From the NCBI GenBank assembly GCA_965199715.1, contig OZ241322.1, forward strand, positions 192,001 to 256,000: DNA of 64,000 bases, written 5' to 3'. The notes beneath the pieces are model-generated. The model was not told where the DNA came from. It did not search any database and saw only the letters and a list, made by a program, of their open reading frames with translations. Source of the DNA: Vicinamibacteria bacterium (GTDB lineage Bacteria; Acidobacteriota; Vicinamibacteria; Marinacidobacterales; Marinacidobacteraceae). Positions 47,881 through 58,572 of this stretch are shown here, piece after piece (position 1 is the first letter of the stretch; the number at the start of each line of letters is the position of its first letter). The position numbers were made by a program, and so were the translations under genes.

Positions 47881-49553
47881 CGGGTTCCGCGCAGCTCCCT
47901 GAGCATGCGCTCGATCTCCGGCGGCGGGTCGCCCGAGCGGCTGACGATCCAGGTGACCGCGAAGTTGAGCAGCATCCCGATCGTTCCGATCCCCTCGGGG
48001 CTGATCCCGAACCACCACGACTCGGGGCCGGACCACTCGAACACCTTGAACCAGCCGATGTAGGCCGCGGTGAAACCGGTCCCGGCGATCATGCCGGCGA
48101 CCGCGCCCCGGGCGGTCACCCACGAGGTGAACACCCCGAGCACCAGCACCGGGAAGAAGCTGGCGGCCGCGAGCCCGAACGCGAAGGCGACCACCGCCGC
48201 CACGTAGTCGGGCGGCCAGATCCCCACCAGGATGGCGACCACCACCGCGCCTGCCGCCGCGACCCGCGCCCAGCCGAGCTCCTCGCGGTCGGTCATGTTC
48301 GGCCGCAGGAAGCCCTTGAGGAGGTCGTGCGAGACCGAGGCCGAGATGACGAGCAGCAGGCCCGCCGCGGTGGAGAGCGCCGCCGCGAGCCCGCCCGCGG
48401 CGACGAGGCCGACGACCCACGCCGGGAGTTCGGCGATCTCGGGGTTGGCGAGCACCATGATGTCGCGGTCGATGAAGAGCTCCGCGTCCGGGCCCTCGCC
48501 GTACTGGATGATCCCGTCGCCGTTGCGGTCGGTGAACGCGATCAGCCCGGTCGCCTCCCAGTTCTTGAACCACGAGGGCGCGTCCGCGTACGCCGTCTGG
48601 TGGAGCGTCTGGATCATGTTCACCCGGGCGAAAGCGGCGACGGCCGGGGCGGTGGTGTAGAGGATGGCTATGAAGAGCAGCGCCCACATGACGCTCCAGC
48701 GGGCGAGCCGGGCGGTCTTGACCGTGTAGAAGCGGATCAGGACGTGCGGGAGGCCGGCGGTGCCGGTCATGAGCGCGAGCGTGATAGCGAAGACGTCGAG
48801 GAGCGACTTCTTGCCGGCGAGGAAGGCCCCCGTGTATTCGGGAAGGCCGAGGTCGGCGTGGATGCCGTCGATGGCGCGCAGCAGATGGACGCCGGCGCGT
48901 TCGCCATCGATCAGCGGGGAGCCGAAGCCGACCTGGGGGATGACGGTGCCGGTCATCATCCACGAGATCGCGCCCGCTGGGATCAGGAAGGCGACGATGA
49001 GGACGCAGTACTGGGCGACCTGGGTGTAGGTGATCCCGCGCATGCCGCCGAGCGTCGCGTAGATGAGGACGATGACCCCGCCGAGGATGACCCCGTACTC
49101 GACGGGCACGGTCAGGAAGCGCGAGAAGACCACGCCCACGCCGCGCATCTGGCCGGCGACGTAGGTGATCGAGATGAAGACCGCGCAGGCCACGGCGACG
49201 AGCCGCGCCGCGCCCGAGGCGTAGCGGTCGCCGACGAACTCGGGGATCGTGAACCGTCCGTAGCGGCGCAGGTACGGCGCTACGAGGAGCGCGAGGAGGA
49301 CGTACCCGCCGGTCCATCCCATGAGGTAGATCGCGCCGTCGTAGCCCATGAACGAGATGAGCCCGGCCATCGAGATGAACGAGGCGGCGCTCATCCAGTC
49401 GGCCCCGGTGGCCATGCCGTTCGCGACCGCCGAGACCCCGCGCCCGGCGACGTAGAAGCCCGAGGTCGTTCGGACCCGGCTCGCGATGGCGATGGCGGTG
49501 TAGAGCGCGAAGCTCCCCACCACGAAGGCGAGGGTCCAGCTTGCGATGCTCAC
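47877..49553 (-). CDS. Sodium:solute symporter, ActP-like (cation/acetate)
   Basis: NGMATGADWMSAASFISMAG, GTAGLPHVLIRFYTV, GGLAAALSTAAGLLL. Confidence 0.92.
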   Translation of the reverse strand: MSIASWTLAFVVGSFALYTAIAIASRVRTTSGFYVAGRGVSAVANGMATGADWMSAASFISMAGLISFMGYDGAIYLMGWTGGYVLLALLVAPYLRRYGRFTIPEFVGDRYASGAARLVAVACAVFISITYVAGQMRGVGVVFSRFLTVPVEYGVILGGVIVLIYATLGGMRGITYTQVAQYCVLIVAFLIPAGAISWMMTGTVIPQVGFGSPLIDGERAGVHLLRAIDGIHADLGLPEYTGAFLAGKKSLLDVFAITLALMTGTAGLPHVLIRFYTVKTARLARWSVMWALLFIAILYTTAPAVAAFARVNMIQTLHQTAYADAPSWFKNWEATGLIAFTDRNGDGIIQYGEGPDAELFIDRDIMVLANPEIAELPAWVVGLVAAGGLAAALSTAAGLLLVISASVSHDLLKGFLRPNMTDREELGWARVAAAGAVVVAILVGIWPPDYVAAVVAFAFGLAAASFFPVLVLGVFTSWVTARGAVAGMIAGTGFTAAYIGWFKVFEWSGPESWWFGISPEGIGTIGMLLNFAVTWIVSRSGDPPPEIERMLRELRGTR

Positions 49554-49783
49554 TCGTCGTCCCCCTCGATCCGGTCCATCGCGACCGCGTTCACGACGAG
49601 GAGCGCGAGGAAGATGAGGATGGACCCCTGCTGGGCGAACCAGAAGCCGAGCGGGAACCCGGCGATCCAGATCTCGTTCAGTGGACCGGCGAGGAGGACC
49701 CCGAGGCCGAGCGACGCGACGAACCAGACGGTCAGCAGTCCGGCGATGAGGCGAAGGCTGCGCTTCCAGCGGGAGTCGGCCAT
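49550..49783 (-). CDS. DUF4212 small subunit of the solute:sodium symporter
   Basis: GFPLGFWFAQQGS motif, coupled to the symporter. Confidence 0.9.
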   Translation of the reverse strand: MADSRWKRSLRLIAGLLTVWFVASLGLGVLLAGPLNEIWIAGFPLGFWFAQQGSILIFLALLVVNAVAMDRIEGDDE

Positions 49784-50022
49784 GCGGGGCGGAATGGTGC
49801 GGCAGCCGCCCCTCGGGGCGCAAGCGCCCTGGGGATCCGTCTCCGGGCGGCGGGGTGGGCGTGTACCCGGCGGCCTTTAGTCGCGCTTCCGCGTCGGCGT
49901 CGCGCGTCGGTGTGGAGCGGCCGCCCTGCCACCTCAGGAAGAAGTCCACGAGGAGGAGCGACGTGCGCGCCGACCCCGCCGAGGAAGAAGCAGGGCAGGA
50001 GCTCGGACGGTTCGTGACGCAC

Positions 50023-50049
50023 TTGACGGCGGCGGGGCGCTGGTATGCT
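50023..50049 (+). promoter_or_regulatory. Putative sigma70 promoter of coxMSL
   Basis: TTGACG-N15-TATGCT with extended -10 (TGgTATGCT); GGAGG at 50061 before the GTG at 50071. Confidence 0.55.
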
Positions 50050-50070
50050 CGCTTTTCGACGGAGGCCAGC

Positions 50071-50940
50071 GTGATTCCAGCCCCATTCGACTACCACTCT
50101 CCGGGAAGCGTGGACGAGGCCACGAAGCTGCTCCTCGCCAATCCCGACGCGAAGCTGCTCGCGGGCGGGCACAGCCTGATCCCGATGATGCGCTTCCGGC
50201 TGGCCCAGCCGAGCGCGCTGATCGACCTCAGCGGCGTCCCCGGCCTCTCCGGCGTCCGGCTCGACGGCGACGCGCTCGTGATCGGCGCGATGACCCGCCA
50301 GGCCGAGGTCGAGTCCTCGGACCTCGTCAAGGCGCACGCGCCGCTGCTGGCCGACGCCGCGAGCGTGGTCGGCGATCCGCTGGTGCGGAACCTGGGCACC
50401 ATCGGCGGCAACGTCGCCCACGCCGATCCCGGCAACGACCATCCGGCCGCGATGCTGGCGCTGCGGGCCTCGCTCGTCTCGAGCGGTCCGGCCGGGACGC
50501 GGACCGCCGCGGCGGACGACTTCTTCCGGGGGCCGTTCGAAACGAGCCTCGGGGAGGGCGAGATCCTGACCGAGGTCCGGGTTCCCGTCGGCGGCGCCGG
50601 CTCGGGCGGCGCCTACCGGAAGTTCGAGCGGAAGGTCGGCGACTACGCGGTGGCCGCGGTCGCGGCGCAGGTGCGGGTTTCCGGCGGATCGGTCGCCGAG
50701 GCCGGAATCGCGCTCACCAACGTGGGGCTGACGGCGATCCGCGCTTCCGCCGCCGAGGCGGCGCTCGTCGGAACGGCCGGCGCGGCGGACGACCTCGACC
50801 GGGCGGCTCAGGCCGCGGCCGACGCGGCCGAACCCCAGGACGACCACCGGGGGACGGCGGACTACAAGCGGGCGCTCGTGCGCACGCTCACCTTCCGGGC
50901 GCTTTCCGACGCGCTCGCCCGAGCGGGAGAGACGGCATGA
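50071..50940 (+). CDS. coxM: Aerobic CO dehydrogenase FAD subunit
   Basis: [27 protein letters not shown]. Confidence 0.9.
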   Translation: MIPAPFDYHSPGSVDEATKLLLANPDAKLLAGGHSLIPMMRFRLAQPSALIDLSGVPGLSGVRLDGDALVIGAMTRQAEVESSDLVKAHAPLLADAASVVGDPLVRNLGTIGGNVAHADPGNDHPAAMLALRASLVSSGPAGTRTAAADDFFRGPFETSLGEGEILTEVRVPVGGAGSGGAYRKFERKVGDYAVAAVAAQVRVSGGSVAEAGIALTNVGLTAIRASAAEAALVGTAGAADDLDRAAQAAADAAEPQDDHRGTADYKRALVRTLTFRALSDALARAGETA

Positions 50941-51422
50941 GCTCGCATTCGATCCGCCTCGCCATCAACGGCGAGGAGGTGGAGCGGGAGGTCGAGTCGC
51001 GCCTCCTGCTGGTCCACCTCATCCGGGAGGAGCTGAACCTCACCGGGACCCACATCGGCTGCGACACGACCTCGTGCGGCGCCTGCACGGTGCTGCTCGA
51101 CGGGACTCCGGTGAAGAGTTGCACCGTGTTCGCGGCGGCCGCGTCGGGCAAGTCCATCACGACCGTGGAGGGCCTCGGCGACGCCGCCGAGCTGGATCCG
51201 GTCCAGCAGGGGTTCACCGAGAAGCACGGCCTCCAGTGCGGGTTCTGCACTCCGGGGATGATGCTGACCTCGAAGGCGCTCCTCGAGCGCAACCCGGATC
51301 CCTCCGAGCAGGAGATCCGCTGGGGCGTCTCGGGCAACCTCTGCCGGTGCACCGGCTACGTGAACATCGTGAAGGCGGTGGAGCGGGCGGCCGAACTCAT
51401 GAAGGAGAAGAGCGATGGCTGA
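50937..51422 (+). CDS. coxS: Aerobic CO dehydrogenase 2Fe-2S subunit
   Basis: [27 protein letters not shown]. Confidence 0.92.
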   Translation: MSSHSIRLAINGEEVEREVESRLLLVHLIREELNLTGTHIGCDTTSCGACTVLLDGTPVKSCTVFAAAASGKSITTVEGLGDAAELDPVQQGFTEKHGLQCGFCTPGMMLTSKALLERNPDPSEQEIRWGVSGNLCRCTGYVNIVKAVERAAELMKEKSDG

Positions 51423-53760
51423 GTGCAGGGGACTCGGACACTCCGTCCAGCGGAAAGAGGACGCCCGGTTCATCCGGGGGAAGGGCCAGTACGTCGATGA
51501 CGTGAAGCTGCCGGGGATGCTCTACCTCGACATCGCGCGCAGTCCGTACGCCCACGCGAAGATCGCGAAGATCCACGAGGACGCCGCGATGGCCGTCGAA
51601 GGCGTCGCCGCGGTCATCACCGGCAAGACGCTCGAGGGCTTCAAGCTGGCGTGGATGCCCACGCTGATGAGCGACCAGCAGATGGTGCTGCCGGTGGACA
51701 CGGTGAAGTACCAGGCGCAGGAGGTCGCGGCCGTGGTCGCCACCTCGCGCTACGCGGCGGCCGACGGCGTGGCGGCGCTGGAGGTGGACTACGACCCGCT
51801 TCCGGTCGTGGTCGATCCGCACGAGGCGCTCAAGCCGGACTCCCCGAAGGTGCGGGACGACAAGGACAGCAACCACATCTTCCACTGGGAGAGCGGGGAC
51901 GGCGAGGCGACGGACAAGGCGCTCGCCGGCTGCGACACGGTGGTCGAGCAGAAGATGCACATCCCGCGGATCCACGTGGCGTCCATCGAGACCTGCGGCT
52001 GCGTCGCGAAGTGGGATCCGGTCGAGGGCCACCTGACCCTGTGGCTGACGACGCAGGCGCCGCACGCGATCCGCACCGTGGTCGCGCTGGTGACCGCGCA
52101 CCTCGGCCTCGCCGAGCACAAGATCCGGGTCATCTCGCCGGACATCGGCGGCGGGTTCGGGGGCAAGGTGCCGGTCTATCCCGGCTACGTGCTCGCGACC
52201 GCCGCGTCGGTCGTCACCGGGAAGCCGGTGAAGTGGGTGGAGGACCGCTCGGAGAACCTCCAGGCGGACTCGTTCGCCCGCGACTACCACATCGCCGCCA
52301 CGCTCGGGTCGAAGGACGGCAAGGTGACCGCGCTGAAGCTGGACACCGTCGCGGACCACGGCTACTCGGACGCCGCCGCGAACCCGTCCAAGTTCCCGGC
52401 GGGGCTTTACCACATCGCCACCGGCTCCTACGACATGGAAAGCGCCCACATCACCGTCGATGGCGCCTACACGAACAAACCGCCGGGCGGGATCGCCTAC
52501 CGTTGCTCGTTCCGGGTGACCGAGGCGGTGCACGCGATCGAGCGGATGGTGGATCTCCTGGCCCGCGAGAACGGCGAGGACCCGGCCGACTTCCGGATGC
52601 GGAACTTCATCCGTCCGGAGCAGTTCCCGTACACTTCGGCGCTCGGCTGGGAGTACGACAGCGGGGACTACGGGGCGGCGCTGCGCAAGGCCATGGACAT
52701 GATCGGCTACGAGGACCTCCGCGCCGAGCAGGCCGAAAAGCGCGCGAAGGGCGAGCTCATGGGGATCGGCATCTCGTCGTTCACCGAGATCGTCGGCGCC
52801 GGGCCGTCCAAGACCTTCGACATCCTCGGGATCAAGATGTTCGACTCGAGCGAGATCCGGATCCATCCCACCGGGAAGGCCATCGCCCGCTTCGGCACCA
52901 AGTCCCAGGGGCAGGGACACGAGACCACCTACGCGCAGATCATCGCGGAGGAGCTCGGCATCCCGCCCGAGGACATCCAGGTCGAGGAGGGCGACACCGA
53001 CACCGCTCCCTACGGACTCGGGACCTACGCGAGCCGCTCGACCCCGACCGCCGGGGCCGCCGCGTCCATCGCGGCGCGGAAGATCCGGGACAAGGCGAAG
53101 AAGATCGCCGCGCACCTGCTCGAGGCGGATGAGGCCGATCTCGAATGGGAGCGGGGGAAGTTCTTCGTGAAGGGGTCGCCCGACCGGGCCAAGACCATCC
53201 AGGACGTCGCCTTCGCCGCGTACACGAACCACCCGCCGGGCATGGAGGCCGGCCTCGAGGCGATCTCCTACTACGACCCGCCGAACCTGACCTACCCGTT
53301 CGGCTCGTACATCTGCTGCGTGGACATCGACCGGGGCACCGGGCAGGTGCGGATCCGGCGGTTCGTCGCGGTCGATGACTGCGGCGTGCGGATCAACCCG
53401 ATGATCGTGGACGGCCAGATCCACGGCGGCCTCACGATGGGCATGGCGCCGGCGCTGCTGGAGGAGATCTCCTACGACTCCGAAGGCAACATCACCGGCG
53501 GCAACTTCGTCGAGTACCTCGTGCCCACCGCGATGGAGACGCCGAGCTGGGAGCTGGGCGAGACGGTGACCCCGTCGCCGCACCACCCGATCGGGGCCAA
53601 GGGCGTGGGCGAGTCGGCCACGGTCGGCGCGCCGCCCGCCATCGTGAACGCGGTGGTGGACGCGCTGTGGCACCTCGGCGTGCGCCACGTGGAGATTCCG
53701 ATGACGCCGTCGCGCATCTGGGGCGTCCTCAACGAGAAGGGAGCGGCGCTCGGGCGCTGA
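51415..53760 (+). CDS. coxL: Form I aerobic CO dehydrogenase large (Mo-Cu) subunit
   Basis: Form I active-site motif AYRCSFR; GGGFGGK, QGQGHET, GAKGVGE; coxM-S-L gene order. Confidence 0.95.
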   Translation: MAECRGLGHSVQRKEDARFIRGKGQYVDDVKLPGMLYLDIARSPYAHAKIAKIHEDAAMAVEGVAAVITGKTLEGFKLAWMPTLMSDQQMVLPVDTVKYQAQEVAAVVATSRYAAADGVAALEVDYDPLPVVVDPHEALKPDSPKVRDDKDSNHIFHWESGDGEATDKALAGCDTVVEQKMHIPRIHVASIETCGCVAKWDPVEGHLTLWLTTQAPHAIRTVVALVTAHLGLAEHKIRVISPDIGGGFGGKVPVYPGYVLATAASVVTGKPVKWVEDRSENLQADSFARDYHIAATLGSKDGKVTALKLDTVADHGYSDAAANPSKFPAGLYHIATGSYDMESAHITVDGAYTNKPPGGIAYRCSFRVTEAVHAIERMVDLLARENGEDPADFRMRNFIRPEQFPYTSALGWEYDSGDYGAALRKAMDMIGYEDLRAEQAEKRAKGELMGIGISSFTEIVGAGPSKTFDILGIKMFDSSEIRIHPTGKAIARFGTKSQGQGHETTYAQIIAEELGIPPEDIQVEEGDTDTAPYGLGTYASRSTPTAGAAASIAARKIRDKAKKIAAHLLEADEADLEWERGKFFVKGSPDRAKTIQDVAFAAYTNHPPGMEAGLEAISYYDPPNLTYPFGSYICCVDIDRGTGQVRIRRFVAVDDCGVRINPMIVDGQIHGGLTMGMAPALLEEISYDSEGNITGGNFVEYLVPTAMETPSWELGETVTPSPHHPIGAKGVGESATVGAPPAIVNAVVDALWHLGVRHVEIPMTPSRIWGVLNEKGAALGR

Positions 53761-53768
53761 CGGAGACG

Positions 53769-54656
53769 GTGACCGGCGGTCCCCCGGACGTCCTCGCCGC
53801 CGCCGTGCAGCTTCAGCGCGACGGGACCCCTTTCGTCCTCGCGACCGTCGTCCGGGCCGAACGCCCGACCTCGGCGCGCCCCGGCGCGAAGGCGATCGTG
53901 CTTTCGGACGGGAGCGCGAGCGGGTTCGTGGGCGGGTCGTGCGTGCGTCCGGCGGTGCGGCGGGAGTCGCTGCTGGCGCTCGCCGACGGTCGGCCCCGCC
54001 TGCTGCGGATTTCTCCGGACGCCTCGAACCATGGTCCCCAGGAGGGCGTTAGAGAGGAGCGCATGGCTTGCCTGAGCGGGGGCGCGATCGACATCCATCT
54101 CGAGCCGTACCTGCCGTCGCGTCGGCTCGTGGTCTCGGGCGTCTCGCCGGTCGTGGAGGCGCTCAGGGCGCTCGGCGGCGCGCTCGGGATGAAGGTCGAT
54201 GGGGACGGGGAGGTCGAAAGAGAGGTCGAGGGGGCCTTCGTGGTCGTCGCCGGGCACGGCGAGGGCGAGGAGGAAATCCTCGAGGCGGCGCTTTCGGACG
54301 AACGCGCCGCGTGGGTCGGGCTCGTCGCGAGCCCCCGCCGGGCGGCGGGCGTGCGCGAGGCGCTGCGGGCGCGGGGCCTTTCCGAGGCGGAGGTCGAGCG
54401 GCTGCGGTCGCCGGCCGGCCTCGACATCGGGGCCGAGACTCCCGGCGAGATCGCTCTCAGCATCCTCGCCCAGATCGTCGAAGACCGGGAGCGCCCGGCT
54501 CCGCCGGTCTCCGACGACGCCGTCGATCCCGTGTGCGGGATGACGGTCTCGCGGGACTCCCCGCACTGCGCCGAGCGCGACGGGGAGACTTTCTGGTTCT
54601 GTTGCCACGGCTGCGCCGCCGCGTTCGAGGCGCGGGAGGCCGAAACCACGACCTAG
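53769..54656 (+). CDS. XdhC/CoxF family Moco-insertion protein with C-terminal YHS domain
   Basis: GFVGGSC, CLSGG, SPAGLDIGAETPGEIALSILA; DPVCGM...WFCCHGC. Confidence 0.88.
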   Translation: MTGGPPDVLAAAVQLQRDGTPFVLATVVRAERPTSARPGAKAIVLSDGSASGFVGGSCVRPAVRRESLLALADGRPRLLRISPDASNHGPQEGVREERMACLSGGAIDIHLEPYLPSRRLVVSGVSPVVEALRALGGALGMKVDGDGEVEREVEGAFVVVAGHGEGEEEILEAALSDERAAWVGLVASPRRAAGVREALRARGLSEAEVERLRSPAGLDIGAETPGEIALSILAQIVEDRERPAPPVSDDAVDPVCGMTVSRDSPHCAERDGETFWFCCHGCAAAFEAREAETTT

Positions 54657-54682
54657 ACGCCGGCTCCTCCAAGAAGTGCTTC

Positions 54683-55409
54683 ATGTTCTTGCGATTCCTC
54701 ACCCGGCGGCCGTTCGCGCCGCTGGCGCTCATGACGGGGGCGCTGCTCGCCGCTCCCGGGACTGAAGCCGAGTTCGCCCGCTCCAGTCTGGCCGGCTCCG
54801 TGAACGACGGCGCCGGGCTGGCGCTTCCGCGGGTGACCGTCACCGTCACCAACGCCGATCCGGCGGCGAGTTCCCGGCTGGCGGAGGGGCAGGAGGCGCT
54901 GCGCGACGGGGACTGGGCGGCGGCGGTCGCAGCGTTCCGCGCCGAGGCCGCAGAGCGTCCTCAGAGCTCGGAGACGCACCGGCTGCTCGGCTCGGCGCTG
55001 CGCCTCGGCGGCGGGACCGACGAGGCCCGGGAGCCGCTGGAGCGGGCCGTCGCGCTGGATCCCGAGAACGCGCTGGCCTGGACGGCGCTCGGCGACCTCG
55101 AGGCCGAGCTCGGGAACTGGGAGGCTGCGGCGACCGCGCTCGAGACTGCGCTCGGCTTGGCGCCGGGCGACCGCGACCTGCGGTTCCGGCAGGGGGCGCG
55201 CTCATGAACGCCGGGGAGATGCACCGGGCCGCAAGAGCCCTCGCCGAGCTCCCGGACGACCCCGGGCGCAGCACCAGTTGGGCATGATCGCGCTGAACCG
55301 GGGGCGCAACGAGGACGCGATCGCGCATCTGGAGCGGGTGCTGGAGCTGGATCCCGAGGGGCCCAACGCGGAGCGGGCGCGGGGGATGCTCGCGGCGCTC
55401 CGCCGATAG
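54683..55409 (+). pseudogene. Exported TPR protein (with a carboxypeptidase-regulatory-like stub), frameshifted
   Basis: TPR repeats continue across frame changes near 55190 and 55265 (…DLRFR / MNAGE… / LGMIALNRGRNEDAIAHLERVLELDP). Confidence 0.7.
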
Positions 55410-55421
55410 AATCGGCCGCCT

Positions 55422-55862
55422 ATGGAATTCAGCGGAACCGAGATCGTTGCGGCGCCCAGGGAGCGGGTCTGGGAGTTCGTCTCGGACGCCGAGTCCGTGG
55501 CGTCCTGCCTCCAGGGAGTCGAGTCCTTCCGGGTGGTCGAGCCCGGTCGGCGCTTCGAGGTCGTCGGCGGGGTCCGGCTCGGCACGGTCGCGCTCCGGTC
55601 CAAGAACATGCTCGAGTGGACCGAGCGGATCGACGGAGATCTCGCGAAGCTGAAGATTCGGGGGCGCGGACCCGGCACCAGCATCGACGGCGTCGCCGAG
55701 ATGCGCCTGCGGGAGGTTCCCGAGGGCACCGCGCTCGACTGGAAGGGGACCGTGCAGGTCCGGGGAACCGTCGCGGCGCTGGCGTCGCGGCTGATGCGCC
55801 CGGTGAGCGAACGCATCCTGCGCGACATGTTCGCCAAGATGAAGAACAACATCGAGGACTGA
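55422..55862 (+). CDS. coxG: CoxG (SRPBCC) family protein
   Basis: MEFSG...APRERVW..VSD...VASCLQG, GTVAALASRLM; adjacent to the cox cluster. Confidence 0.82.
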   Translation: MEFSGTEIVAAPRERVWEFVSDAESVASCLQGVESFRVVEPGRRFEVVGGVRLGTVALRSKNMLEWTERIDGDLAKLKIRGRGPGTSIDGVAEMRLREVPEGTALDWKGTVQVRGTVAALASRLMRPVSERILRDMFAKMKNNIED

Positions 55863-55863
55863 C

Positions 55864-57030
55864 ATGAGATTTCTGGCGCTCGTCCTTCTCCTCCTGTCCG
55901 GTGGCCTCGCCGCAGCGCAGGAGCCGTACTTTCCCGAGCGGCACGAGTGGCTGACGCGGAGCCCCGCCGAGGCCGGCATGGACGACGCGACGCTCCAGTC
56001 CGCCGTCGCGATGGCGGTGGCGGCGGAATCGGACGCGCCCCGCGATCTCGCGCTGGCCCACGAGCTCACGTTCGGACGCGAGCCGCACGGCAGCCGGGTG
56101 GGCCCGACCACGGTCCGCGGCGACCTGAGCGGCCTCGTGATCAGGGACGGGTACATCGTGGCCGAGTGGGGGCCGACGACGAAGGTGGACATGACCTTCA
56201 GCGTCTCGAAGACCTTTCTCTCGACTACGGTGGGCCTGCTCTGGGACGCGGGGTTGATCGACTCGGTCGAGGACCGCGTCGGGCCGTACATGCCGGACGA
56301 CGAGCTGTTCGGCGGCGCGCACAACGGGTCCATCACCTGGGATCACTTGCTGCGGCAGACGAGCGACTGGTCGGGAACGCTGTGGGGGAAACCGGACTGG
56401 GCGGATCGCCCGGTCGGCGACCACCCGTTCGAGTATCCGGACCGGCAGATGCACGAGCCGGGGACGTTCTACAAGTACAACGACGTGCGGGTGAACCTGC
56501 TCGCGCTGGCGGCGCTACACGTCGCGCGCGATCCACTGCCGGTGATGCTGCGGAAGGCGGTCATGGAGCCCATCGGGGCGTCGAGCACGTGGCGGTGGCA
56601 CGGCTACGAGAACTCGTGGGTGATGATCGACGGGCGCGACGTCCAGTCGGTGAGCGGCGGCGGCCACTGGGGCGGGGGCATGCACATCAGCGCCCGCGAC
56701 CTCGCTCGCTTCGGCTACCTCTTCCTGCGGATGGGGAACTGGAAGGGCGAGCAGCTCATCTCCGAGGAGTGGATCGCGATGGCGCGGACTCCGGGCGACG
56801 TGAACCCGAGCTACGGCTACATGAACTGGTTCCTGAACGGGCCGGTCGAGCGCGACGGCGAGATGGTCAAGTCGATCCCCGCCGCGCCGGACACCGCGGT
56901 CACGTTCCGGGGGGCCGGCAGCAACATCGTGTACGTGGACTGGGAACACGACCTCGTCGTCGTCGTGCGCTGGATCCAGGGGGGCGGCCTGAACCCGTTC
57001 CTCGCCGAGGTGCTGGCGTCGCTCGACTGA
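55864..57030 (+). CDS. Exported serine hydrolase (class C beta-lactamase-like)
   Basis: Signal peptide; SxxK (SVSK), HLL.QTS, PGTFYKYND, ISARDLARFG. Confidence 0.88.
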   Translation: MRFLALVLLLLSGGLAAAQEPYFPERHEWLTRSPAEAGMDDATLQSAVAMAVAAESDAPRDLALAHELTFGREPHGSRVGPTTVRGDLSGLVIRDGYIVAEWGPTTKVDMTFSVSKTFLSTTVGLLWDAGLIDSVEDRVGPYMPDDELFGGAHNGSITWDHLLRQTSDWSGTLWGKPDWADRPVGDHPFEYPDRQMHEPGTFYKYNDVRVNLLALAALHVARDPLPVMLRKAVMEPIGASSTWRWHGYENSWVMIDGRDVQSVSGGGHWGGGMHISARDLARFGYLFLRMGNWKGEQLISEEWIAMARTPGDVNPSYGYMNWFLNGPVERDGEMVKSIPAAPDTAVTFRGAGSNIVYVDWEHDLVVVVRWIQGGGLNPFLAEVLASLD

Positions 57031-57570
57031 GAACCCGGGACCGCTCGACCGCGGTCGTCTTCCGTCGGACCCGGGACCGCTTCGGCGGCCTTTCGAACAT
57101 GGCGGCGAGTTCTCGCTGCGCGTCGGCGGCGTGGGCGTGCGCACCGCGGAGGCGCGGCGCCAGGGCGGCCGGTTCCCCGACCATCCGGAGATTCAGCGGC
57201 TCATCGTCGAGCAGCGAAGCCCGATGGCGGCGAAGCGGGTCGTCGAGCCGCATCGGGAGAAGACCCGAGCCGACTGGAGCCGGGTGCGGGTCGCGATCAT
57301 GCGCTGGCGCCTGCGGGTGAAGCTGGCGCAGCGCCGGGACCGTTCGGGGCGCTGCTGCGGGCGACGGGGGATCGCCCCATCGTGGAGGAGTCGCGCCGGG
57401 ACGCCTTCTGGGGAGCGCGGCCGTCCGGCGCCGGAACGCTCGTGGGCGAAAACGTCCTCGGCCGCCTCCTGATGGAGCTGCGGGAAGCGCCGGAGGCGGG
57501 GGACGTCCCGCCGCCCGCCGTCGAGCGATTCCTGCTTTCCGGACGGCCCGTCGGGAGCGCGCCCGCCGTC
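57027..57570 (+). pseudogene. NADAR (YbiA/DUF1768) family protein with two frameshifts
   Basis: FGGLSNMA / TAEA..Q..RFP..SPMAAK..RADW..M.W.LRVKLAQ / LL.ATGDRPIVEES..DAFWG...GENVLGRLLMELR over three frames; the start appears as CTG. Confidence 0.82.
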
Positions 57571-58564
57571 AGTCGATCCCGAGGACCGCCTTTGGCATAT
57601 GCATGCTCACCAGCATGTTCGGAACGTCCACGGTCTCCGAGATCTTGAGGTCGCCGGCGAGCGAGCAGAGCACGTAGGCCTCCTCCGGCGTGAGGCCGTG
57701 CTCGGCCGTGAGGTACGCGATCATGTGGCGCGTGGCCTTCTTCGCGGCCTCGTCGATCGTGGGCGCGAAGCCGGTGACCGCGTAGTACTCGTCGGTCTCG
57801 TACTCGGCCTCGCGGACACCGCGCGGGTTGGGCAGGACCTCGAACTCGAGCACGAGCCGCATGGGGGCCTCGACGGCGCTGCCGGACACCTCGCCGTCGC
57901 CCTGCACCGCGTGCGTGTCGCCCACCGAGAAGTTCGCGCCCGGCACCTGGACCGGCAGATAGACCGTCGCTCCGGGCCGCATGTACCGGTTGTCGAGGTT
58001 GCCGCCGTTCTCGCGGGGCGGAATGGTCACGAGCATCTCGTCGGTGGCCGGGGCCACGCCGAGCACGCCGGGAAACGGGTCGAGCGGGATGACGATCTCG
58101 TCGTTGAAACGGACGCTCGTCGCTCCCGGCGCCATGTCGAAGCTGCGGAACCACGGCTCGGTGAACTCGTCGGCGAGGAATCCGAAGCCGGGGAAGATGC
58201 CGGCCCAGCCGGGCCCCAGGACCTCGGCCTCGTGGATCGTGACCGCGAGCAAGTCGCCCGGCTCGGCGCCCTCCACCGCGATCGGCCCGGTAAGCGCATG
58301 GATCAGGCCGAAGTCCACGCTCGCGAGGTCGGCCGCCGTGGTCGCCGGCGTGATCTGGCCGTCGGACGCTTCCTTCGTGAACACCTCGACGACCGCGCCC
58401 GACGGGACGGCGAGCACCGGTGGGATCGTCGCGCTCCAGCGGTTGTGGGTGTTCTCGGCCGCGAGCGTGAACCCGGGGACCGGCCCGGCCGGTTCGGGCT
58501 CCGGGGGAGGCGGCGGAGCGCCGCAGGCGAGAGCGAGAAGGGCGAGGGGGAGGAGCGAGCGCAT
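57569..58564 (-). CDS. Acetamidase/formamidase family lipoprotein
   Basis: Lipobox LALAC; HNRW, LTGPI.VEGAEPGD, NGGNLD, GDTHAVQGDGE. Confidence 0.9.
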   Translation of the reverse strand: MRSLLPLALLALACGAPPPPPEPEPAGPVPGFTLAAENTHNRWSATIPPVLAVPSGAVVEVFTKEASDGQITPATTAADLASVDFGLIHALTGPIAVEGAEPGDLLAVTIHEAEVLGPGWAGIFPGFGFLADEFTEPWFRSFDMAPGATSVRFNDEIVIPLDPFPGVLGVAPATDEMLVTIPPRENGGNLDNRYMRPGATVYLPVQVPGANFSVGDTHAVQGDGEVSGSAVEAPMRLVLEFEVLPNPRGVREAEYETDEYYAVTGFAPTIDEAAKKATRHMIAYLTAEHGLTPEEAYVLCSLAGDLKISETVDVPNMLVSMHMPKAVLGID

Positions 58565-58572
58565 CCCCCGGA

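Noticed and set aside
49790-50020. GC hairpins and a short minus-strand peptide (…EARLKAAGY) between DUF4212 and coxM, as a riboswitch or gene remnant
   Set aside because: I could not match any known RNA motif, and such hairpins are expected by chance at this GC content. An Rfam scan would be needed.
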